Assembly (NCBI GenBank): GCA_016779945.1
Contig: JADHMR010000001.1
Location: 13,750-77,749 of the forward strand
Length of the DNA: 64,000 nt
Source of the DNA: Bacteroidia bacterium
GTDB lineage: Bacteria; Bacteroidota; Bacteroidia; NS11-12g; UBA9320
Direction of reading: 5' to 3'
This document shows, in pieces, positions 10,331 through 20,927 of this stretch. The position numbers and the translations under genes were made by a program. The stretch's first letter is position 1, and each line of letters starts with the position of its first letter. Under the pieces are notes generated by a model. That model did no database searches, was not told where the DNA came from, and saw only the letters and a list, made by a program, of their open reading frames with translations.

Positions 10331-12982
10331 TTGACACACAACAAGTACATATCTAGTTTTAAGTCTTTGATTAGAAAAATACACCAAGTATATCGAGTGC
10401 TTTTGTTATTGGGTAATATTTTGGTAAGTCAAGTTGTTTTTTCACAAAGCACTGACACCACTTCTATCGATATCATCCAGCAAGATTCAATTTCAAATGA
10501 TTCAATTTCATTTTCTGTATTAAACCACAAATCAGATATTGAAGACCAAGTAGAATATGATGCTCAAGACTCTACCATACTCGACTTAAAAGCACAAAAA
10601 GCCTACCTGTATGGAAAAGCTAAAATCATTTTTCAAGACATTAAACTTAATGCCGACTTCATTGCCATAGATTTTCGTTCCAAGGATGTATTTGCAACTG
10701 GAATTGTAGACGATTCTACCAATAATTATGTGGGTAGACCTGCTTTTGATGATAATGGAAAAATCTATGAAGCTGACACTATGAAGTACAACTTTGAAAC
10801 CAAAAAAGGAATTTCATATGGTGTCTTAACTACGGAAAAAGACGGCTACATTCATGGTAAACGCGTTTTGAGAGACAGTCAAGAAAACATTTACGTGAAA
10901 GATGCACAGTTTACGACGTGTAATTTACCTGACCCACATTTTTACATCAAGGCCGATAAAATCAAAGTAATCCCAGGCAAACAAATAATCACTGGACCTG
11001 CCAACCTAGTTATAGCTGGCATTAATACTCCACTTATAGTTCCATTTGGATTTTTTCCTATACCTGAAAAAAGAAAACATGGGATACTCTTCCCCAATTT
11101 TGGACAATCTCAGGAAAGAGGGTATAATCTTCGTGGACTTGGTTATTATCTACCAATAAGTGACTTTTTTGATGTTCAAATTTCTAGTGATATTTATTTT
11201 AGAGGAAGTTGGGGGTTCACACTAATGTCGAATTACTACAAACGATATAAATATCGGGGTAACCTTCGGTTTAGTTTTAATAAAAACGAATTTGGAGAAC
11301 CAGAATCGCCCACTTTCCGCGTTTCAAACGATTACAGGCTAAGCTGGAATTACACCAAAGATGCAAAATCAAGACCAGGTAGCAATTTTAGTGCAAATGT
11401 CAACTTCGTAACGAGTAGCTTTCTAAAAAATAATACGACAAATTACGATGACATCATAAGCACTAACTCAAACTCAAGTGTGTCCTATAGCCGTGGTTTT
11501 TTTAACAGAAAAATCAATATGAGCATCGCTAGTAATATCAACCAAAATCTGAGCACTGGAGACCTCACCATGACGCTACCTCAAATGACAGCAAATATGA
11601 GTAGGCAGATGCCTTTCAAAACCTTCAATTCAAAAAATAAGACATTACGAAGTTTTATGAGAAATTTTGGGGTATCCTATCAGGGAACATTTCGTAATGA
11701 AATCAGAACAATTGATACTACACTGATTGGCAGTATTCGTGAACAACTCGGTGGTACTCCTTCAATTAACACTTCTAACCTCAGAGATAATATTAAAAAC
11801 GGAATTAGCCACCGAATTCCAATAAGTACATCATTCAAGGCATTAAAATGGATTACAGTATCACCAAATGTTAGCTTTGACGAATATTGGTACTTAGAAA
11901 CCACAGAAAAAACTTGGGACGACGAAAGAGACTCACTCATAACCAATACCGTAAAAGGGTTTGATAGAGCAGTATCGTACAGAACTAGTATTAGCTTAAG
12001 CACCATTTTATATGGAATGAAAATTTTCAAAAAAGAGCGAAAGTTACAAGCCATACGCCATGTTATTCGTCCGAATATGTCGGCAGTTTATAGCCCTGAT
12101 TTTTCAATGGGCGAAAAAAATGGCTATCGAAATGTACAATCAGACACGCCTCAAATATTCAGTACATATTCGATATACGAAAATGGTCTTTTGGGACGTC
12201 CCTCATCCGGACCACAAGCATCTATAAATTTTGGTGTTGGAAATAATCTTGAGATAAAAATCAAATCTCAAAAAGACACCACTAACGGTGGAATTAAAAA
12301 AATTAAGATTATAGAAAATCTGAATATAAGAAGTGGTTATAACTTTTTGGCTGACTCATTTAACCTTTCTAAATTTAGTATTAGTGGAAATACCACCATA
12401 CTAAACAAAATACGGATGACATTTGGAACTACATTTGACCCCTACCAATGGGAACTAAACGATGATGGAACTAGATCAAATCAAAAAAAAGAATATGCCT
12501 TCAATACCATGAATACTTTGGGTCATTTTACGCAAAGTAATTTGTCCATTTCTACCAACTTAAATCCGAAAGCTTTTAAACGTAAATCAATAGATAATGC
12601 TAATGAACAAGAACTTGAGTTTATTAATGATAACTTACAAAATTATATCGATTTTAACCTCCCATGGAGTTTAAACGTCAATTATAATATGAGAGCCAAC
12701 CGACCTGTATTGCTTGAAAAAACTGTAACACAAAGCATCACATTCAATGGCGATATAAAACTATCTGAAAACTGGAAAATTGGATTGAACAGTGGGTATG
12801 ACATTACCAAAGAAGAGCTTTCTTTAACCTCCATAAATTTCTATAGAGACTTGCATTGTTGGCAAATGAATTTTGAGTGGTACCCCATTGGAAGACAGAT
12901 GTTTTCATTCGGAATTAATGTAAAATCAAGTACGTTACAAGACCTCAAACTCAACAGAAGACGAAGTTGGTTTGACTTTTAA
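10331..12982 (+). CDS. Large outer-membrane beta-barrel protein, LptD/OstA-like (putative LPS-assembly protein)
   Basis: 883 aa. OstA-like N-terminal segment (LDLKAQKAYLYGKAKIIFQDIKLNADFIAIDF), many alternating beta-strand-like stretches, and a C-terminus ending ...RRRSWFDF (terminal Phe typical of OMPs). Start uncertain: TTG at 10331 or GTG at 10397. Confidence 0.55.
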   Translation: MTHNKYISSFKSLIRKIHQVYRVLLLLGNILVSQVVFSQSTDTTSIDIIQQDSISNDSISFSVLNHKSDIEDQVEYDAQDSTILDLKAQKAYLYGKAKIIFQDIKLNADFIAIDFRSKDVFATGIVDDSTNNYVGRPAFDDNGKIYEADTMKYNFETKKGISYGVLTTEKDGYIHGKRVLRDSQENIYVKDAQFTTCNLPDPHFYIKADKIKVIPGKQIITGPANLVIAGINTPLIVPFGFFPIPEKRKHGILFPNFGQSQERGYNLRGLGYYLPISDFFDVQISSDIYFRGSWGFTLMSNYYKRYKYRGNLRFSFNKNEFGEPESPTFRVSNDYRLSWNYTKDAKSRPGSNFSANVNFVTSSFLKNNTTNYDDIISTNSNSSVSYSRGFFNRKINMSIASNINQNLSTGDLTMTLPQMTANMSRQMPFKTFNSKNKTLRSFMRNFGVSYQGTFRNEIRTIDTTLIGSIREQLGGTPSINTSNLRDNIKNGISHRIPISTSFKALKWITVSPNVSFDEYWYLETTEKTWDDERDSLITNTVKGFDRAVSYRTSISLSTILYGMKIFKKERKLQAIRHVIRPNMSAVYSPDFSMGEKNGYRNVQSDTPQIFSTYSIYENGLLGRPSSGPQASINFGVGNNLEIKIKSQKDTTNGGIKKIKIIENLNIRSGYNFLADSFNLSKFSISGNTTILNKIRMTFGTTFDPYQWELNDDGTRSNQKKEYAFNTMNTLGHFTQSNLSISTNLNPKAFKRKSIDNANEQELEFINDNLQNYIDFNLPWSLNVNYNMRANRPVLLEKTVTQSITFNGDIKLSENWKIGLNSGYDITKEELSLTSINFYRDLHCWQMNFEWYPIGRQMFSFGINVKSSTLQDLKLNRRRSWFDF

Positions 12983-13024
12983 ATTATTATTAAACGTCGC
13001 ATTAATTAAGTAGATTATCAAATC

Positions 13025-13984
13025 ATGGGTGAAGAAAATAAGAGTAACACACAAAAACCTGAGGTAAAGAAAAGGCTTCACAGAAGGAATCGTCACAAAA
13101 CAAAATACAATTTTCCTAAGCTAATTGAACAAACACCTGAACTTGAAAAATTTGTTAGTGTTAATAAATACGGAAAAGAAACCATTAATTTTTTTAGTGC
13201 TGAAGCTGTTAAAATTTTAAATCAATCGTTACTAAAATTTGATTATGGCATTAAAAACTGGGATATTCCATCTGGATACCTCTGCCCACCTATTCCTGGA
13301 AGGGCTGACTACATTCATCATATCGCAGATTTACTAGCAAGCGACGACAATAAGAGAATTCCCAAAGGACCTGTAATTCATGCCTTAGACATTGGCATGG
13401 GAGCAAATTGCATTTACCCAATTATAGGCCATTGTGAATACGATTGGGATTTTGTTGGCTCAGATATAGATTTAACTTCCATTAATTCTGCTCAAGAAAT
13501 TGTTAAAAATAATAGCCTTAGTGTCAATATTCGACACCAAGAAAATATCAATCATTTTTTTAGGGGCATTATTAATCCCAATGAATTATTTGATGTTACA
13601 GTTTGTAATCCCCCTTTTCACGCTTCACAGGCTGAGGCCATATCAGCAAATATGAAAAAAATCAAAAATCTGAAAGGCGAGAAACCAAATAAACCTAATC
13701 CTAGTTTTGGTGGCATGCATAATGAACTCTGGTGTGAAGGCGGCGAATTACGGTTCATAAAAAATATGATTAAAGAGAGTAAACAATTCGAAAAAAATGT
13801 GTTGTGGTTTACTACGCTTGTTAGCAAGCATGGCAATCTTAAGAATATTTATCTTGCCCTTAGAAAGATGGAGGCCTTTGATGTTAAAACAATTCCAATG
13901 GGACAAGGAAATAAGAGCAGTCGAATTGTAGCATGGTCTTATCACAATTCTTATGAACGAAAAAAATGGGTTAGAGAAAGATAG
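13025..13984 (+). CDS. rlmF: 23S rRNA (adenine1618-N6)-methyltransferase
   Basis: [27 protein letters not shown] and VCNPPFH match the RlmF/YbiN signature segments (E. coli RlmF has [27 protein letters not shown]). Confidence 0.85.
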   Translation: [319 protein letters not shown]

Positions 13985-13991
13985 AAAAACC

Positions 13992-14657
13992 CTATAAACA
14001 AGTAACCTTTATAAGTGCTCGTCTATTGTAATAATCTGAAGACAAGTGATTATAGTTATTCGTAATAATAGATAATCTGTCCTCATCAACACCAAATTCT
14101 TCAACAAAACACATCTTAATTGATTCTCCCCGAAGTTTTCTTAGTTTTGAGTTGTACTCGTTATTACCTGTTGAATCAGTGTATGGATATATTTTGATTT
14201 GATAATCAGAGCAAAACTCGTTAGCCATGTCTATCTTAGTTTTAAATAACAGCAAATCTTGCTTGTCACTTAAAGACAATTTATACTTATTGATATCGAA
14301 AAATACAATTGTAGTATTCACTGCTTCAAAGTTTTTAGTAGCACTCAATTTTGAGTGAGTACCAATTTGGTCTTCCAATTTTTTGCAACAATTAGAGGTG
14401 TGTTCTGATTCTGAGCTAGATTCAAATGATGCTAATTTTGTATTTAATCCAGCTACTTTAACATTTAATTGACTGATATCCTCAGCAGTGGATTCTTCAA
14501 GAATTTCTACAGTCTGATCATAGGTGAAATTAGATAATTTTGATTTTTTAAACTTGCTTTCAGTGTGTATACAACAAGAAGTTAATAATAGCACTACAGA
14601 TAAAACAAGAGTTGATTTTGCAATAGTCATTTTATTAGTTTTTAAATAGTGAGGCAA
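13992..14657 (-). CDS. OmpA-family lipoprotein
   Basis: Lipobox LLLTSC at the N-terminus. C-terminal OmpA-like peptidoglycan-binding region (IKIYPYTDSTGNNEYNSKLRKLRGESI, compare GHTDSTGSDAYNQ-LSERRA). Confidence 0.5.
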   Translation of the reverse strand: MPHYLKTNKMTIAKSTLVLSVVLLLTSCCIHTESKFKKSKLSNFTYDQTVEILEESTAEDISQLNVKVAGLNTKLASFESSSESEHTSNCCKKLEDQIGTHSKLSATKNFEAVNTTIVFFDINKYKLSLSDKQDLLLFKTKIDMANEFCSDYQIKIYPYTDSTGNNEYNSKLRKLRGESIKMCFVEEFGVDEDRLSIITNNYNHLSSDYYNRRALIKVTCL

Positions 14658-14717
14658 TATTAGCCCAAAATTTATTTAACTTGAGTTTACCATCGGAAAA
14701 AATTTGTATGATTTATG

Positions 14718-16454
14718 TCATATCCTACTTTGAAAAGTGAACAGGTCATGATACCTTCCTTTCTGGGAAAGTAATTCATCATGTTTACCCTGCTCAACAA
14801 TGCTACCGTCTTCGATTACTAAAATCTGGTCTGCTTGTTGAATGGTGCTCAACCGGTGTGCAATCACAAAAGTGGTTCGGTTTTTCATCAGTATTTCAAG
14901 ACTTTTTTGGATGTAACGCTCGCTTTCATTGTCGAGGTTAGATGTGGCTTCATCCAGTAAAATTATTTTGGGATTGGCTAATAAAGCTCGTGCTATGGCT
15001 ATTCGTTGACGTTGGCCACCGCTCAATTTCACCCCACGCTCACCAATTACTGTATCCAAACCCTTCTCAAAACGATCTGTAAATTCATGAACATAAGCCG
15101 CTTTTACTGAGCTAATTAGTTCAGCGTCTGTGGCTAATGGTCTGGGAAAAAGAATATTCTCTCGAATAGTCCCCTCAAACAAAAAGTCATCTTGCAAAAC
15201 AACACCTAAATGCTGTCGATAACTGCTCAAGTTGATTTGCGATAAATCAGAACCATCAATAGTAACTTCCCCTTTGACAGGGGATAAAAACGTAGCAGCA
15301 AGACCAGCAATAGTTGATTTACCACTACCCGATGACCCCACTAATGCTGTAACTGTACCTGCTTTTGCTTCAAAGGTGATATTGTGTAGAACCTCTTTAT
15401 TGTTCTCATAATGAAAAGACACCGAATTAAATTTTATGTCTCCTTTTATACTTTTTAGAAACTGTTTTCTTACTGCTGGATCGTCCTCTTCTTCACGATT
15501 CATCAATTCTTGAGTTCGATCAAGTCCAGCTAAGGCTTCTGTAAGCTGACTTCCAATATTACTCATTTGAACAATTGGTGCAATCATAAATCCTAGAAAT
15601 AGTGTAAATGAGACAAAGTCACCATTTGTCATCGTATTTTCCATCATAAAATAGCCCCCTATTCCCATTATTCCTGTAGATGCCAATCCCAATAAAAATG
15701 TAGATGAACTCGTCATTAAAGCGGTAGCTGTTAGACTCTTTTTGACATTAAGATAAAGTTTCTCCACTCCTTTTTCGAAAGTCTTATTTTCTTGTTCCTC
15801 TGCGTTAAACCCTTTGACTACTCGAACTCCATTAAGTGTTTCTGTAAGTCTTCCGGTCACTTCTGCGTTAATTTTACCCCGATCCCGAAAAATAGGTCTT
15901 ATATATCCAAATGCCTTCATGGCAATAAAGGCAAAGATTAAAACAGGAAGTAAAACAAATAGTGTCATCGATGCATTTATGTCTATTAGAAAAAATAAAG
16001 CAACTAATGATGTTATAGACCCCCCTATTAGTTGAACTAATCCTGTTCCAACAAGATTTCGAACTCCTTCCACATCACTCATTACACGACTTACAAGGGC
16101 TCCAGACTTATGATTATCAAAAAACGAAATAGGTAGTGTTAAAAGTTTCTTTTGTACCTGTGCTCTTAATTGTGATATTAAAAATTGGGCCTCAACGCTC
16201 AAAAGTCGAGTTAGTGCAAATGAGGTAACTGCCTGTATAAATATAGCACCACATACCAAACCAATTATATTTTTTAAACCGACCATATCTCCAGACGGTA
16301 CAATATCGTCTAACAGAATCTTGGTTTCATAAGGAAGCACAAGGCCTGTGAGACTTCTTACAACGATCAATACAAGACCTAATCCAATCATCCCTCGTCT
16401 AGGCCAAATAAATTCTCTGAATGCCCAGCTAATGGACACATTTTTTTTGCTCAT
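14718..16454 (-). CDS. ABC transporter, fused permease/ATP-binding protein (MsbA/ABCB-like exporter)
   Basis: Six-TM N-terminal domain. Walker A GSSGSGKST, ABC signature LSGGQRQRIAIARAL, Walker B ILLDEATS. Confidence 0.85.
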   Translation of the reverse strand: MSKKNVSISWAFREFIWPRRGMIGLGLVLIVVRSLTGLVLPYETKILLDDIVPSGDMVGLKNIIGLVCGAIFIQAVTSFALTRLLSVEAQFLISQLRAQVQKKLLTLPISFFDNHKSGALVSRVMSDVEGVRNLVGTGLVQLIGGSITSLVALFFLIDINASMTLFVLLPVLIFAFIAMKAFGYIRPIFRDRGKINAEVTGRLTETLNGVRVVKGFNAEEQENKTFEKGVEKLYLNVKKSLTATALMTSSSTFLLGLASTGIMGIGGYFMMENTMTNGDFVSFTLFLGFMIAPIVQMSNIGSQLTEALAGLDRTQELMNREEEDDPAVRKQFLKSIKGDIKFNSVSFHYENNKEVLHNITFEAKAGTVTALVGSSGSGKSTIAGLAATFLSPVKGEVTIDGSDLSQINLSSYRQHLGVVLQDDFLFEGTIRENILFPRPLATDAELISSVKAAYVHEFTDRFEKGLDTVIGERGVKLSGGQRQRIAIARALLANPKIILLDEATSNLDNESERYIQKSLEILMKNRTTFVIAHRLSTIQQADQILVIEDGSIVEQGKHDELLSQKGRYHDLFTFQSRI

Positions 16455-16520
16455 TTTACTAATCTATACTAAAACTACGCCATGATATCAAATGTGACTT
16501 ATAGGCAGTCGTGATTTTAA

Positions 16521-19277
16521 TTAAAATTCGGCTTCCAAAAATTTAGATGTGTGTCCAATCCCAGATTTAATTACTTGTTCTGGTGTTCCTTCTATCATTA
16601 ATTCGCCTCCGGCATTCCCCCCTTCAGGTCCAATATCAATAATCCAATCCGCAACTTTAACTACGTCCAAATTGTGCTCAATTAATAAAACTGTATTTCC
16701 AAGTTTAACCAAATTTTGAAGTACATTTAGTAAAACATTAATATCTTCAAAATGAAGACCCGTAGTAGGCTCGTCTAGAATATAGAATGTTTGACCTGTA
16801 CTAATTTTACATAGCTCACTTGCTAATTTTACGCGTTGAGCTTCACCCCCAGAAATAGTAGTGCTACTTTGTCCGAGGGTAATATATCCAAGACCAACAT
16901 CATTTAAGGCTTTTATCTTTCTATAGATTGATGGAACAGCCTCAAAAAATTGGACAGCTTCCTCAACAGTCATGTCTAGAATATCACTTATGTTTTTATT
17001 CTTATATCGAATATCCAGGGTTTCTCTGTTGTATCGTTTGCCTTGACATGTTTCACATTCTACCAAAACATCTGGTAAAAAGTTCATCTCAATTACTTTT
17101 TGTCCCCCTCCTTTGCACGTTTCGCATCTTCCGCCTTTCACATTAAAACTAAACCTTCCTGGCTTGTACCCTCTAATTTTTGACTCCCCAATATCGGCAA
17201 ATAATGTACGAATGTCTGAGAAAAAACCTACATAAGTTGCAGGATTACTCCTTGGTGTTCTTCCAATTGGAGATTGATCTATTGTGATGACCTTATCAAT
17301 ATGTTCGAGTCCTTTTACCTTTTTATATTTCAAGGGTTTCTTTTTGGACTTGTAAACATATTCCGAGAGAATAGGATGCAGCGTTTCGTTAATTAAACTG
17401 CTCTTCCCACTTCCACTCACACCCGTCACTGCAATTAGTTTACCTAGCGGAAAATGAACCGTAATATTTTTCAAATTATTACCCTCACAACCGTAAAGAG
17501 ATATTTTCTTACCATTTCCTTTTCTGCGTTTTGAAGGAATAGGAATTTCTCGCTTCCCTGACAAATAATCTGCTGTAAGTGTTCCATTATTTTGAATTTC
17601 TTCCCATTTCCCACTTGAAACAATCTGACCTCCATTCTTTCCTGCAAATGGACCAATATCAACCACATAATCGCTTTGAACTATCATATCTTTATCATGT
17701 TCTACCACAATAACAGAGTTACCAATATCTCGTAAGTTTTTTAAGGATTGAATGAGCCTGTGATTATCCCTTTGATGAAGTCCAATGCTTGGCTCATCTA
17801 AAATATACAATACTTCTTCAAGCTGAGATCCAATTTGAGTAGCCAATCTAATTCGTTGAGCTTCTCCTCCGCTTAATGTCTTAGCCGAATTATTGAGTGA
17901 TAAATAGGAAAGTCCAACATCCATTAAAAACTGAACACGTTCTCTTATTTCTTTAAGAATTTCTTGTGCAATTACTAATTGTCTGTCCTCTAGTTTTGAA
18001 TCTACATTCTCTAACCATTTTGCTAAATCACCAATACTTTTGGTTGATAAATCTGCAATATTCACCTCATTGATACGGTAAGATAAAGCCTCTTTGTTGA
18101 GTCTTCCTCCGTTGCAAACTGCACAAGGAACTACAGTCATAAATTCATCTGCCCATCTGCTAAGCGTACCATAGTTTTTTTCGTGATATGCCTCCATCAG
18201 AGAGGGAATTAACCCTTTCCAATTGGTTTCAAAAGTTTGATTATATCCAGAACTTCCTCGATATTCAACTTCAAACTTTTCATCTGATCCATTCAAAATG
18301 ATATCCATAACATCAGTAGGTATGGAAGAAATTGGTTTAGATAAACTAAATTTTAATTTCTTACCCATTGCCTTAAGTTGGGTAAATGTCCAGTTGCTCT
18401 TAACCTCACCAAGGGGTGCAAGACCTCCTTTGTTTATGCTCAATTTTGGATTTAAAATCAAATCTTCCCTGAAAATATCAGAAGAAGTTCCTAGGCCATT
18501 ACATGACAAACACGCACCATAAGGAGAATTAAAGGAAAACAAATTAGGTTGTGGTTCATTGTATGATAGTCCCGTTTCAACATCCATCAAAAACTTACTA
18601 AAGTGAGTAATTTCTTGTGTTTCTGAATCAAGCACACTAATAATCCCCTTGCCCATCTTTAATGCAGTTCGTATGGAATCTGTCAACCGGATAGTTTCTT
18701 TGTCTTCTGATGTTAATCGATCAATAACCAGCTCAATATCATGCACTTTGTATCGATCTAATTGCATGCCTAACTCAATTTCTTGCAGTTCACCATCTAC
18801 CCTAACTTTTGTGAAACCTCGTTTTCTATATTGTTCAAAAAGATCTCTGTAATGACCTTTTCTACCTTTAATTAATGGGGCGAGAATAACCATTTTTGTA
18901 AATGATAAATTATTAACTCCGTCAATAATTTCTTTTTCTGTGAAACTTTTCATCTGATTCCCACTTAAGTAAGAATATGCTGTACCAGCTCTAGAAAAAA
19001 GCAATCTCAAAAAATCATATACCTCTGTAATCGTACCCACTGTACTCCGAGGGTTTTTACTTACCGTCTTTTGTTCAATGGCAATTACAGGACTCAACCC
19101 CTCAATTTTGTCAACATCTGGGCGTTTTATTTCACCTATGAATTGTCTTGCATAGGCAGAAAATGTTTCCATGTATCTGCGTTGACCTTCTGCAAAAATG
19201 GTATCAAAAGCTAGACTTGATTTACCGCTACCACTTAGACCTGTAAATACGACAAGTTCATGCCTTGGAATTTCCAA
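16521..19277 (-). CDS. uvrA: Excinuclease ABC subunit A
   Basis: [25 protein letters not shown], two ABC modules, and the Zn-finger cysteines. The ORF-track start is TTG at 19277, but the conserved N-terminus continues in frame upstream to about 19325 without an ATG/GTG/TTG (see finding). Confidence 0.9.
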   Translation of the reverse strand: [918 protein letters not shown]

Positions 19278-19529
19278 ATCAACATTACGAAGATTGTGCT
19301 CTTTAGCACCTATAATTTTTATGATATCCTGATTTTTGATAGCGTTAGTTTTTGGAAGTTTGCGAATTTACAAATTACCCGAACACTTTAGTACCATTGG
19401 AAAATAATAAATCAAACCAATGAATTAAATTGTTTTTATAAAAGTGGAACAAATCATCTCATTAAATTGTGTTTTTTTTGTTACCCAAAATCGTTTTTTT
19501 ATTTTCTTTTGTAATCAAAATCTAAAATA

Positions 19530-20927
19530 TTGAAGAATAAATACGCTGACTTAATAGAGCAGACCTTTGAGTTTCCAACGGATGAATTCTCAACCACTTC
19601 TGATGGGGATCTACTTTTGCGGGGTCTGCCATTAATGGATTTGGTTAAAAAACACGGCACACCATTACAATTCAGCTATTTACCTAAAATCTCTGAGAAT
19701 ATTCAAAAAGCAAAACAATGGTTTTCAGATGCGTTTACCGAACACAGCTACAAGGGCAAGTATCACTATTGTTATTGTACTAAAAGTTCACATTTTAAAT
19801 ATGTACTCACAGAGTGCATTAAAAACGACGTACATATAGAAACTTCCTCAGCATATGATCTTGCACTAATTAAGAACTTAGTTGACAACGATGAAATAAA
19901 TAAAGATTGTTTCATTATCTGTAACGGATTCAAAACTGAAAAATACATTGATAATATTATTGATTTAATTGAGCTTGGTTTTGAAAACCTTTGTGTTGTA
20001 ATTGATAATACCAAAGAATTCGAACTCTTAAAAAATAGAACAAATAAGAAAATTAAACTTGGTATCAGAATTGCCTCTGAAGAAGAACCCAAATTTTCTT
20101 TTTACACGTCTAGACTTGGTATTGGGTACAAAGACATTGTCCCGTTTTATGAAAATTACATAAAAGATTCCCAAAATTTTGAACTGAAAATGCTCCATTT
20201 TTTTATAAATACAGGCATAAGAGACACCTCATATTATTGGAATGAATTACGAAAATGTTTAAATGTCTATGTTCAATTAAAAAGATTATGCCAGCCCCTA
20301 GATTCACTGAATATTGGAGGTGGTTTTCCCATTAAGAAAAATCTAAATTTTAACTATGATTATGATTACATGGTGAGTGAAATTGTGAGTCAAATCAAGA
20401 TTGAATGTTCATCAAAAAATATTGAGGAACCCCATATTTTTACTGAGTTTGGAAGTTATACTGTTGGAGAAAGTGCCGGCACTATTTATAAAATTATTCA
20501 TCAAAAGAAACAAAACGATCGAGAGAAATGGAATATGATTGATGGATCATTTATGACTACGTTGCCCGATGCATGGGCAATCAATGAACGATTTATATTA
20601 TTACCCTTGAACAACTGGAACTCCAGTTATGAAAGAGTTTTATTAGGAGGTCTGACTTGTGATAGCGATGATTATTATAATAGTGAACAACACGTAAATG
20701 CCATATACCTACCTGAATTTAATAAGGAGAAGCCTCTTTACATCGGATTTTTTAATACGGGTGCATATCAGGAGGGTTTGAGTGGTCAAGGTGGAATTAA
20801 GCATTGCTTGATACCTAGTCCTAAAAAAATTCTACTATCCAAAAATGAGGATGGTGAAATTGTTGATGAGGTTTTTCAAGAAGAACAAACGGCTGAGAGT
20901 ATGATGAAAATATTAGGATACGAATAA
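19530..20927 (+). CDS. PLP-dependent (fold-type III) basic amino-acid decarboxylase, arginine/ornithine decarboxylase-like
   Basis: 465 aa. CTKSS (PLP-Lys region, compare AVKAN), the NIGGGFP glycine-rich motif and C-terminal beta-domain. TTG start at 19530. Confidence 0.6.
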   Translation: MKNKYADLIEQTFEFPTDEFSTTSDGDLLLRGLPLMDLVKKHGTPLQFSYLPKISENIQKAKQWFSDAFTEHSYKGKYHYCYCTKSSHFKYVLTECIKNDVHIETSSAYDLALIKNLVDNDEINKDCFIICNGFKTEKYIDNIIDLIELGFENLCVVIDNTKEFELLKNRTNKKIKLGIRIASEEEPKFSFYTSRLGIGYKDIVPFYENYIKDSQNFELKMLHFFINTGIRDTSYYWNELRKCLNVYVQLKRLCQPLDSLNIGGGFPIKKNLNFNYDYDYMVSEIVSQIKIECSSKNIEEPHIFTEFGSYTVGESAGTIYKIIHQKKQNDREKWNMIDGSFMTTLPDAWAINERFILLPLNNWNSSYERVLLGGLTCDSDDYYNSEQHVNAIYLPEFNKEKPLYIGFFNTGAYQEGLSGQGGIKHCLIPSPKKILLSKNEDGEIVDEVFQEEQTAESMMKILGYE

